Origin: Nemertoderma westbladi
Taxonomy: Eukaryota; Animalia; Xenacoelomorpha
Length of the DNA: 64,000 nt
Assembly (NCBI GenBank): GCA_032718475.1
Contig: JAUCBJ010009153.1
Location: 62,484-126,483 of the forward strand
Reading direction: 5' to 3'
The translations under genes were made by a program, and so were the position numbers. Position 1 is the stretch's first letter. The number at the start of each line of letters is the position of its first letter. Below the pieces are notes generated by a model. The model was given only the letters and a program-made list of their open reading frames with translations, was not told the origin of the DNA and ran no database searches. Of the stretch, positions 27,387 through 39,500 are shown piece by piece.

Positions 27387-30300
27387 CGAGAGAAAGCCGC
27401 CCCAATATTAGATTATTACAACAACATATCCATTGGGTAAGAAAGTGGAGGAGAGCCAGCCCGTCTCTTAATTTTTTACTTTATATTACGCGATCAATTT
27501 TCACTCATCTCGTCATGAACCCAACATGTATGTAACCTTTTGTTAAATTTGTTGGCTATGCGTTTGAGGTTGTTTGGGCGGAGTGTGGTAGGCCTACACT
27601 TTTCATACTTAAATATTTTGGTTGTGAAATGTTACAGGGCATAGCGATCTGAGATATTTCATTTATATTTTATTATGAGAGGAAGAAGAACATACAACGT
27701 TATTTACTATGTAACAAAATAATTGTTTTCGGGTTTAACTTGGAAGCCTCCCCAAATAGTTGATATACAATTATATTTAAAATTATTTCCATGGTCATGG
27801 TCATTCACCCGTCTTTAGTTAGAAATTTGTTTGCATGAAAGACAGTTTAGTTTAGTTTTTACTGATTTATTATCTCTTATCTGACTGGGGTAATAATAAA
27901 GGATAGGATAAATGGAAGCAAAGTGTGACAGTAACAAATATTTCCCCGTCACCCTAGCATGTCTTAAGTATATGATATATCAAAGGGGGAAGTTTGGATT
28001 CACTGCATAAATGCAGTTCACCAAACTTCCCCCGAATGCACACTGTAACTTCCCCCTTCCCACAAATATCCACTGTTGAATTAATTTGAAGCGATATAAT
28101 AAGTACAAAATTGTGCGAGTTTTTAATTGTGTGGTCCAATTGTTATTTGATTTCTATTTATTATTTAAAGTGCATTTAATATCACACTGGTTTTTAGAAT
28201 ATTATACTATACAACCTTATGTTTTATTAATTTACCCAATCGAAGCCTCATAAGGGCCGGTTATTTGTACGCATATCCCCTAATGCGCTCAGTAAGGTTC
28301 AAACAACATATTAATATGAAAATAAAGTATCTGCAAAGAAAATAACCCAATACTATATAATTTGACCTTATTAAAAAATTTGCACTTTTGAACACTTATT
28401 TGTACAAGTGCACTTTAGCAGATCGTAATGGTGGCTCTTATTTAACAAACTTATGTTTATCCTTTGCCGATCTACGATAGTGTATGATCAAGTGTCAGTC
28501 GCTAAAAGTGTCAAAAATCCAATTTAATAAATCTGGATTTGCGATTTTGGACCATATTCATGGACATTTTAAGTCACTTTATAGACATAAAAAGTTAAAC
28601 AAATGTTACGATTATAGTTAGAAATCATTCCAAACTACATTTTAATCCAAAAAATAACATTCTACGATGAATAGAACTGGAAATAATAGTGTTTGAAATA
28701 TCGAAAAAATGTTCACTATTTAAGTGCATTTTGCACTAAGTGCACATGCGTCTTTTCCCAAGTTGTATCCTATTTCACACACTACAATCTATTCTCTATC
28801 CAATGAAAAAAGTTTCAGATTAAACGGCCCTCTAGAACCGAAGTTATTTATGTTTAAAAATAGTCACTCGAAAATTTCAAATTCTATTGGTCACATAGTC
28901 TAGTGGTTATCAATCACGTTAATGAAACCTAAGTTCGTGGGTTCGAAACCCAATATTGACCTGACCATTCTTAATTTTTTTGCAAAAAAAATTATTTTTA
29001 CTTTGTCACTAAAATCGCTCTAACTTCGGTTCTGGTGGTCCAAATTCAATAAAATTGGTATATTCTTTGCCGTAATTTTTTTCTTAATCTTTTGAGAAGG
29101 GGTTATTTTTGGCCCCAAAAAAATTAAAAAAAAGGGCCAAAATAACGCGATATTTTTCGACCCTTAAAATTCGTAATTTTAATTATATATGTTAAGATAA
29201 AAGATAGCGGAGTTAATTTGATACTTTTTACAGGTACTTTTGGCGAAATACGCTAAATTATAATGGAATAGCGATTTGTTAAAAAAAAAAATTTTTCGTC
29301 CCTTTTTATAAATATTATATTTCACACGATCGCCTGCCGCTCCAGTTTTATAATACCTCCAGCGCTGTGATTAACGCTGTTAGATAGATAATTTAACGCA
29401 CTATAAGTCTGTGTAAACAAATCTCCCGTAAGTTAAGTAGTTTTCGAGCTAGACGATTTCCCGCGAAGCAAGTTTGAAGCGCAAAATTATAATTTTGGCC
29501 CTCATTTTTTTAATATCATCCTTGGAGCAAAACCGATAGCATATTTGAATTCCCCGTATGGATATTGACTGTATAGAATGTACCTTAACCAACTAAAGTT
29601 AAAAATAAAAAATTATTCGATAAAAACTACTTTACAAATTCTGGCCCTTTTTGGCCCCTATTGCCGACATATTTTTTGTACCCCCATTCGATAGGAACGT
29701 AGCCCCAATGGTCTTCTACGAGTTTCATAAAAGAATTAGTGGATTCCTACCCGCGTTGTCGAATTAAACATTTCAGAAATAAGTTTTCCAAAAAAGACGG
29801 ACAAAAACGTACAAATTTACAGCCCCTTTTTCCACCCGAAATTTTAATAAATATCTTACCCCCATTCGATACGAAGGTAGTACCACTCTTCCCCTTTCCA
29901 ACCGCGTTACTTTCGTCCCCGTACGATTAATATTAGCCGAGTTATAGCCGATCCCGCAAAGTCATTTTGTCCGTTTTTTCAACTTTGACGGACATTTTCG
30001 GAAAAAAGGCGTGGTAATCTTTTTTGAAAAAAAAAACGAATTCACTAATTAATCCCTTCTATCGTATCCCGGCGTCGGCTAAGCAATAACCTAGGGTTTT
30101 TTCGAGCCACTGTAGAGCGCCTTTCAAAAAAATTTTAAAATTGTCGAAAAAATGACGGTTTTTTGTCCGCCGTGTCCGTCGAAGGGTTATATTTCATAAT
30201 GTTAGAGTTGCTAATATCTTAGAATTCCGAGCCGCTCCCCTGGTGAGAAAATAAAAAAATTTGGTCAGTTCCTTCATCGAAAAGTCCCCCAGAATCCCAA

Positions 30301-30411
30301 GTTAACCTATATAGTTAGCGAGGGCCTGCGGCTTTAGGAGCGGCCGCGGTATTCACCTCCCTCATAGCGGCCGCGGCGGTGTTGCGTCAAATGGAGAAAT
30401 ATTTATCCCAC
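27387..30411. mobile_element. Non-coding ~3.0-kb transposon-like unit A (candidate non-autonomous rolling-circle element)
   Basis: Absent from the paralogous LINE copy. Begins CGAG, ends ATATTTATCCCAC followed by CAAG. Homologous to unit B over about 27975-30030 and at the right terminus. No credible ORF. Confidence 0.7.
28889..28961 (+). pseudogene. tRNA-derived cassette (Pol III box A/box B) in unit A
   Basis: 73 nt. GGTCA...TGACC acceptor-like pairing, box A TAGTCTAGTGG, T-arm TGGG-TTCGAAA-CCCA. D and anticodon arms do not pair well. Confidence 0.65.
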
Positions 30412-33391
30412 CAAGGCGGACCCCTCAATAAAGATATACTTAACGAAAGACCACGAGGTAAAGGGAAAAGCGTGCAGGGAGGGGGAAGGATGGGGGTATG
30501 GGTCGAATGAAATGACAAGAGGGGAGACCAACTGGACTCGTTAATTTTATATTACTCGAAATTTTATGTAATATATTTTCGCTCCCAGTGTACACTTGTT
30601 CTATATACCGGTAACCCCTTAATATTAATATATACTACTCAGTCGTTTGTACATAATACGAAGCCTGTAAGTTATAGTCACCGAAACATTTCAGCTCGGA
30701 AATAATAATATATGAATCAAGGATGTCTCTCTTATGATCTACATAGAATAGATATGGTTATTGATACTGTTACATTGTGATAATGGATTCTAGGTTTCTT
30801 TCACTGGTAAATCCGCATAATAGTTGAAGTAATAAAATTTAATTACACAACCATAGTTCGAAGATCAGCATTTTTCATACCAGTCATTGCTTAGAAATTT
30901 TACAGGATAATATTGTTAATCTGACTTAAGTTGTTTAGGTTGAACAAAGTCTACATAGTAAACAACAGGTCCTCCAAAGAGTGTGTCTTTGGTATATTAT
31001 ATCATGAAGGGGGAAGTTAGATTCACTGCATAAATGCAGTTCATCTAACTTCCCCCAAATATCTACTGTTGAATAAAATTGAAGCGATATATTAAGTCCG
31101 AAGAGGTGCGAGTTTTTTAATAAATTGTGTGGTCCATTTGTTATCTGTTCTCTATTTATTGTTTAAAGTTCATTTAAGATCACACTGGTTTTTAGAATAT
31201 TACAACCTTATTTATTATTAATTTAACCAATCGAACCCTTATAAGGATCGGTTATTCGTACACATACTCCTAATGCGCTCAGTAAGATCCAAACAACATA
31301 TTAATATGAAAATAAATTATCTGCAACGAAAAGAACCCAATAATACACCATTTGACCTTATTAAAAAAATTGCACATTTGCACACATATTTGCACAAGTG
31401 CTATTTAACGGATCCTAAATGTGGTTCCTATTTAACACACTTATGTCTATCCTCTACCGATCTGCGATGGTGCATGATCAAGTCTCAGTCACTAAAAGTG
31501 TCAAAAATCCAATTTAATAAATCGCGACATTTGCGATTTTGGACCATATTCATGGACATTTTAAGTCACTTTATAGACATAAAAAGATAAACAAATGTTA
31601 AGATTATAGTTAGAAATCACTCCAAACTACATTTTAACCCAAAAAATAACATTCTAGGATGTATAGAACTTGAAATAATAGTGTTTGAATTATCGAAAAA
31701 ATGTGCACTATTTAAGTGCATTTTGCACTAAGTGCACATGCGTCTTTTCCCAAGTTGTATCCTATTTCACACACTACAATCTATCCTCTATCCAATGAAA
31801 AAAGTTTCAGATCAAACGGCCCAGTAGAACCGAAGTTATTGATGTTTAAAAATAGTCACTCGAAAATTTCAAAATCACTTGGTCACATAGTCTAGTGGTT
31901 ATCAATCACGTTAATGAAACCTAAGTTCGTGGGTACGAAATCCAATATTGGCCATTCTTAATTTTTTGTAAAAAAAATTTTTTTTATTTTTTCACTAAAA
32001 TCGCTCTAACTTCGGTTCTGATGGTCCAAATTCAATAAAATTTGTATATTCTTTGCCGTAATTTTTTTTTCTATCTTTTGAGAGGGGGTCATTTTTGGCC
32101 CCAAAAAAAATTGAAAAAAAGGGCCAAAATTACGCGATATTTTTCGGCCCTTAAAATTCATAATTTTAATTATAAATGTTAAGAAAAAAGATAGCGGAGG
32201 TAATTATCTACATTTTAAATGTACTTTTGGAGCAATACACTAAATTATAATGGAGTAGCGATTTATTAAAAATAAAATTTTTTTTGCCCCTTTTTATAAA
32301 TATTTTATTTCACACGATCGTCTACCGCACCAGTTGTATAATAGCTACGGCGTTGTAACTAACGCTGAAAGATAGATAATTTAACGCTCTATAAGAATGT
32401 TTAAATACGTTTCCCCGACGTTGAGTAGTTTTCGAGCTACACGTGTTCCCGCGCAGCCAGTTTGAAACGCGAAATTTTAATATTGGCCCTCATTTTTTTT
32501 ATATCATTTGCGCAGCAAAACCAATCGAATATTTGGATTGCCCGTATTAATATTAACCTTATAAAATGCACCTTAACCTTCTAGAGTCAAAAATTTAAAA
32601 GTTATTAGTTATAAATCATTTATCAGTTTCTGGCCCTTTTTGGACCCTTTTGCCGACATATTTTTTGTACCCCCATTCGATAGGAATGTAGCCCCTGTGG
32701 TCTGTTACACCTTCCGAAAAGAATTGGCAGATTCCTACTAGCGTTTTCGAATTAAAAATTTCGGAAATATTAATTATATATAAAAGACGGACAAAAACGG
32801 AAAAGTTACGGCCCCTTTTTCCACCCGCAATATTAATAAATATCTTACCCCCATTCGATAAGAATGTAGTACCACTCTTTCCCTATCCACCCGCGTTACT
32901 TTCGTCTCCGTACGATTAATATTGTCCGAGTTATAGCGCATTCCGCAAAGTCATTTTGTCCGTTTTCTCGATTTTGACGGACATTAGCTGGAAAACGATC
33001 GGCTTAATTTTTAAAACAAAAATATGTGAAATCTAATTTTTAAACCCTCTTTCGATTCCGGGCGACGTCTTGTCCGTAGAGGCGAGATTTAATTTTTTTT
33101 ACATAGACCCTAATGGTGAAAAAGACAAAAAAACCAGACAATTGTCCGTCATGTCCGTCAAAACGATAGATTCGCTAAAAGCTCTGAAGAATCTTATTTT
33201 TTTGGCATTACGCGTCCCCCTTCGAAAAATCGAGAAAATCGTACGGCTGGAAATAGGTCGAATGGGGGGGGAACACCGTTTTCGCAGTAACTACGCGTCC
33301 AGTATGTAGACTGCGTCCTTTAGAGGGGCGGCGAATTCACCTCACTCGACGCCGCCCTTACTGAATGTTTTTAAAAGATATTTCTTCCCAC
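30412..33391. mobile_element. Non-coding ~3.0-kb transposon-like unit B (diverged relative of unit A)
   Basis: Begins CAAG, ends ATATTTCTTCCCAC followed by target CAAG. Same order of hairpins, tRNA-like cassette and motifs as unit A. Confidence 0.7.
31881..31953 (+). pseudogene. tRNA-derived cassette in unit B
   Basis: Homologue of 28889-28961 with box B altered (GGTACGAAATCC). Confidence 0.6.
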
Positions 33392-33550
33392 CAAGTAACA
33401 TAAAGGACCCCCTTGGAAATAAGCTGCAAAGCTTTAGGGGTAATCCTATATGTTATGTTGGACAATACCTTTATACCGGTACATTGTTTGGTGTATTTGT
33501 TATTGTTTTTACATAATGTATAAATAAATCTATAAAATAAATCTATCTAT

Positions 33551-36500
33551 GGCACTCTACCGGTACTACCTAGTAAAACAAACAAAGTTCGGCACTCTAC
33601 CGGTACTACCTAGTAAAACAAACAAAGTGCGGCACTCTACCAGTACTACCTAGTAAAACAAACAAAGTGCGGCACTCTACCAGTACTACCTAGTAAAACT
33701 CAAAGTCCGGCACTCTACCAGTACTACCTAGTAAAACAACCAAAGTGCGGCACTCTACCAGTACTACCTAATGAAACAAACAAAGTGCGGCACTCTACCA
33801 GTACTACCTAGTAAAACAAACAAAGTCCGGCACTCTACCAGTACTACCTAGTAAAACAAACAAAGTGCGGCACTCTACCAGTACTACCTAGTAAAACAAA
33901 CAAAGTGCGGCACTCTACCAGTACTACCTAGTAAAACAAACAAAGTGCGGCACTCTACCGGTACTACCTAGTGAAACAAACAAAGTGCGGCACTCTACCG
34001 GTATTACCTAGTGAAACAAACAAAGTTCGGCTCTCTACCAGTTCTACCTAGTGAAACAAACAAAGTTCGGCACTCTACCGGTACTACCTAGTAAAACAAA
34101 CAAATTGCGGCACTCTACCAGTACTACCTAGTGAAACAAACAAAGTTCGGCACTCTACCAGTACTACCTAGTGAAACAAACAAAGTTCGGCACTCTACCG
34201 GTACTACCTAGTAAAACAAACAAAGTGCAGCATTCTACCGGTACTACCTAGTGAAACAAACAAAGTGCGGCACTCTACCAGTACTACCTAGTAAAACAAA
34301 CAAAGTGCGGCACTCTACCAGTACTACCTAGTGAAACAAACAAAGTGCGGCACTCTACCAGTACTACCTAGTAAAACAAACAAAGTGCGGCACTCTACCG
34401 GTACTACCTAGTGAAACAAACAAAGTGCGGCACTCTACTGGTACTACCTAGTGAAACAAACAAAGTTCGGCACTCTACCAGTACTACCTAGTGAAACAAA
34501 CAAAGTTCGGCACTCTACCGGTACTACCTAGTAAAACAAACAAAGTGCGGCACTCTACCAGTACTACCTAGTGAAACAAACAAAGTGCGGCACTCTACCA
34601 GTACTACCTAGTGAAACTTAAAGTTCGGCACTCTACCAGTACTACCTAGTGAAACAAACAAAGTGCGGCACTCTACCAGTACTACCTAGTGAAACTCAAA
34701 GTTCGGCACTCTACCGGTACTACCTAGTGAAACAAACAAAGTTCGGCACTCTACCGGTGCTACCTAGTAAAACAAACAAAGTGCGGCACTCTACCAGTAC
34801 TACCTAGTGAAACAAACAAAGTGCGGCACTCTACCAGTACTACCTAGTGAAACTCAAAGTTCGGCACTCTACCGGTACTACCTAGTAAAACAAACAAAGT
34901 GCGGCACTCTACCGGTACTACCTAGTAAAACAAACAAAGTGCGGCGCTCTACCGGTACTACCTAGTAAAACAAACAAAGTGCGGCACTCTACCGGTACTA
35001 CCTAGTAAAACTCAAAGTCCGGCACTCTACCAGTACTACCTAGTAAAACAAACAAAGTGCGGCACTCTACCGATACTACCTAGTAAAACAAACAAAGTGC
35101 GGCACTCTACCAGTACTACCTAGTAAAACTCAAAGTTCGGCAATCTACCAGTACTACCTAGTAAAACAAACAAAGTTCGGCACTCTACCAGTACTACCTA
35201 GTGAAACTCAAAGTTCGTCCATCTACCAGTACTACCTAGTAAAACAAACAAAGTTCGGCACTCTACCAGTACTACCTAGTGAAACAAACAAAGTTCGGCA
35301 CTCTACCGGTACTACCTAGTGAAACTCAAAGTTCGGCACTCTACCAGTACTACCTAGTAAAACAAACAAAGTGCGGCACTCTAACGGTACTACCTAGTAA
35401 AACTCAAAGTTCGGCACTCTACCGATACTACCTAGTAAAACAAACAAAGTGCGGCACTCTACCAGTACTACCTAGTAAAACAAACAAAGTTCGGCACTCT
35501 ACCGGTACTACCTAGTGAAACTCAAAGTTCGGCCATCTACCAGTACTACCTAGTAAAACAAACAAAGTTAGGCACTCTACCGGTACTACCTAGTAAAACA
35601 AACAAAGTTCGGCACTCTACCGGTACTACCTAGTGAAACTCAAAGTTCGGCCATCTACCAGTACTACCTAGTAAAACAAACAAAGTTCGGCACTCTACCA
35701 GTACTACCTAGTGAAACAAACAAAGTTCGGCACTCTACCAGTACTACCTAGTGAAACTCAAAGTCCGGCACTCTACCAGTACTACCTAGTGAAACAAACA
35801 AAGTTCACTACGTAGTGAAACTCAAAGTCCGGCACTCTACCAGTACTACCTAGTGAAACAAACATAGTTCGGCACTCTACCGGTACTACCTAGTGAAACA
35901 AACAAAGTTCGGCACTCTACCAGTACTACCTAGTTAAACAAACAAAGTGCGGCACTCTACCAGTACTACCTAGTGAAACAAACAAAGTGCGGCACTCTAC
36001 CAGTACTACCTAGTGAAACAAACAAAGTGCGGCACTCTACCAGTACTACCTAGTGAAACAAACAAAGTGCGGCACTCTACCAGTACTACCTAGTGAAACA
36101 AACAAAGTGCGGCACTCTACCAGTACTACCTAGTGAAACAAACAAAGTGCGGCACTCTACCAGTACTACCTAGTGAAACAAACAAAGTTCGGCACTCTAC
36201 CAGTACTACCAAGTGAAACAAACAAAGTTCGGCACTCTACCGGTACTACCTAGTAAAACAAACAAAGTTCGGCACTCTACCGGTACTACCTAGTGAAACT
36301 CAAAGTTCGGCCATCTACCAGTACTACCTAGTAAAACAAACAAAGTTTGGCACTCTACCAGTACTACCTAGTGAAACAAACAAAGTTCGGCACTCTACCG
36401 GTACTACCTAGTGAAACTCAAAGTTCGGCCATCTACCAGTACTACCTAGTAAAACAAACAAAGTTCGGCACTCTACCAGTACTACCTAGTGAAACAAACA

Positions 36501-39500
36501 AAGTTCGGCACTCTATCAGTACTACCTAGTGAAACAAACAAAGTGCGGCACTCTACCAGTACTACCTAGTGAAACTCAAAGTTCGGCCATCTACCAGTAC
36601 TACCTAGTAAAACAAACAAAGTTCGGCACTCTACCGGTACTACCTAGTGAAACAAACATAGTTCGGCACTCTACCAGTACGACCTAGTGAAACAAACATA
36701 GTTCGGCACTCTACCGGTACTACCTAGTGAAACAAACAAAGTTCGGCACTCTACCAGTACTACCTAGTGAAACAAACAAAGTGCGGCACTCTACCAGTAC
36801 TACCAAGTGAAACAAACAAAGTGCGGCACTCTACCAGTACTACCTAGTGAAACAAACAAAGTGCGGCACTCTACCAGTACTACCTAGTGAAACAAACAAA
36901 GTGCGGCACTCTACCAGTACTACCTAGTGAAACAAACAAAGTGCGGCACTCTACCAGTACTACCTAGTGAAACAAACAAAGTTCGGCACTCTACCAGTAC
37001 TACCAAGTGAAACAAACAAAGTTCGGCACTCTACCGGTACTACCTAGTAAAACAAACAAAGTTCGGCACTCTACCGGTACTACCTAGTGAAACTCAAAGT
37101 TCGGCCATCTACCAGTACTACCTAGTAAAACAAACAAAGTTCGGCACTCTACCAGTACTACCTAGTGAAACAAACAAAGTTCGGCACTCTACCGGTACTA
37201 CCTAGTGAAACTCAAAGTTCGGCCATCTACCAGTACTACCTAGTAAAACAAACAAAGTTCGGCACTCTACCAGTACTACCTAGTGAAACAAGCAAAGTTC
37301 GGCACTCTACCAGTACTACCTAGTGAAACAAACAAAGTGCGGCACTCTACCAGTACTACCTAGTGAAACTCAAAGTTCGGCCATCTACCAGTACTACCTA
37401 GTAAAACAAACAAAGTTCGGCACTCTACCGGTACTACCTAGTGAAACAAACAAAGTCCGGCACTCTACCGGTACTACGTAGTGAAACAAACAAAGTTCGG
37501 CACTCTACCAGTACTACCTAGTGAAACTCAAAGTCCGGCACTCTACCAGTACTACCTAGTGAAACAAACATAGTTCGGCACTCTACCGGTACTACCTAGT
37601 GAAACAAACAAAGTTCGGCCATCTACCAGTACTACCTAGTAAAACAAACAAAGTTCGGCACTCTACCGGTACTACCTAGTGAAACTCAAAGTCCGGCACT
37701 CTACCGGTACTACCTAGTGAAACTCACAGTTCGGCACTCTAGCAGTACTACCTAGTGAAACAAACAAAGTCCGGCACTCTACCGGTACTACCTAGTGAAA
37801 CTCAAAGTCCGGCACTCTACCGGTACTACCTAGTGAAACTCAAAGTTTGGCACTCTACCAGTACTACCTAGTGAAACTCAAAGTTCGGCCATCTACCAGT
37901 ACTACCTAGTAAAACAAACAAAGTCCGGCACTCTACCAGTACTACCTAGTGAAACAAACAAAGTTCGGCACTCTACCAGTACTACCTAGTGAAACTCAAA
38001 GTTCGGCCATCTACCAGTACTACCTAGTAAAACAAACAAAGTTTGGCACTCTACCAGTACTACCCAGTGAAACAAACAAAGTTCGGCACTCTGCCAGTAC
38101 TACCTAGTGAAACTCAAAGTCCGGCACTCTACCAGTACTACCTAGTGAAACAAACAAAGTTCGGCACTCTACCGGTACTACCTAGTGAAACAAACAAAGT
38201 TCGGCACTCTACAAGTACTACCCAGTGAAACAAACAAAGTTCGGCACTCTACCAGTACTACCTAGTGAAACTCAAAGTCCGGCACTCTACCAGTACTACC
38301 TAGTGAAACAAACAAAGTTCGGCACTCTACCGGTACTACCTAGTGAAACAAACAAAGTTCGGCACTCTACCGGTACTACCTAGTAAAACAAACAAAGTGC
38401 GGCACTCTACCAGTACTACCTAGTAAAACAAACAAAGTGCGGCACTCTACCAGTACTACCTAGTAAAACAAACAAAGTGCGGCACTCTACCAGTACTACC
38501 TAGTGAAACTCAAAGTTCGGCCATCTACCTGTACTACCTAGTAAAACAAACAAAGTTCGGCACTCTACCAGTACTACCTAGTGAAACAAACAAAGTTCGG
38601 CACTCTACCAGTACTACCTAGTGAAACAAACAAAGTTCGGCCATCTACCAGTACTACCTAGTAAAACAAACAAAGTTCGGCACTCTACCAGTACTACCTA
38701 GTGAAACAAACAAAGTGCGGCACTCTACCAGTACTACCTAGTGAAACTCAAAGTCCGGCACTCTACCAGTACTACCTAGTGAAACAAACAAAGTTCGGCA
38801 CTCTACCGGTACTACCTAGTGAAACAAACAAAGTCCGGCACTCTACCAGTACTACCTAGTGAAACAAACAAAGTTCGGCACTCTACCGGTACTACCTAGT
38901 GAAACAAACAAAGTTCGGCACTCTACCGGTACTACCTAGTAAAACAAACAAAGTGCGGCACTCTACCAGTACTACCTAGTAAAACAAACAAAGTGCGGCA
39001 CTCTACCAGTACTACCTAGTAAAACAAACAAAGTGCGGCACTCTACCAGTACTACCTAGTGAAACTCAAAGTTCGGCCATCTACCTGTACTACCTAGTAA
39101 AACAAACAAAGTTCGGCACTCTACCAGTACTACCTAGTGAAACAAACAAAGTTCGGCACTCTACCAGTACTACCTAGTGAAACAAACAAAGTTCGGCCAT
39201 CTACCAGTACTACCTAGTAAAACAAACAAAGTTCGGCACTCTACCAGTACTACCTAGTGAAACAAACAAAGTGCGGCACTCTACCAGTACTACCTAGTGA
39301 AACTCAAAGTCCGGCACTCTACCAGTACTACCTAGTGAAACAAACAAAGTTCGGCACTCTACCGGTACTACCTAGTGAAACAAACAAAGTTCGGCACTCT
39401 ACCAGTACTACCCAGTGAAACAAACAAAGTTCGGCACTCTACCAGTACTACCTAGTGAAACTCAAAGTCCGGCACTCTACCAGTACTACCTAGTGAAACA

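Larger units (their letters stand above)
26135..33550 (+). mobile_element. Second copy of the same truncated LINE, split by a 6-kb insertion (LINE parts 26135-27386 and 33392-33550)
   Basis: Same 5' truncation point and near-identical to 12479-13889 (offset 13656). The sequence resumes precisely at CAAGTAACATAAAGGACCC after the insertion. Confidence 0.92.

Noticed and set aside
28889-28961. Functional tRNA gene
   Set aside because: The D and anticodon stems do not pair and no anticodon can be assigned. Kept only as tRNA-derived.
27954-33309. ORFs 27954-28139, 29739-29930, 31273-31590 and 33070-33309 as a transposase
   Set aside because: They are short with no recognisable motifs, and are not kept open in the sister unit (the homologue of 31273-31590 near 28283 has stops).
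27387-33391. Canonical Helitron or TIR transposon
   Set aside because: There is no A|TC...CTRR|T arrangement on either strand and no terminal inverted repeats.
12479-33550. Sequence-specific LINE targeting of the satellite
   Set aside because: Identical 5' truncation, a shared stop codon and shared flanking variants point to duplication of one insertion.
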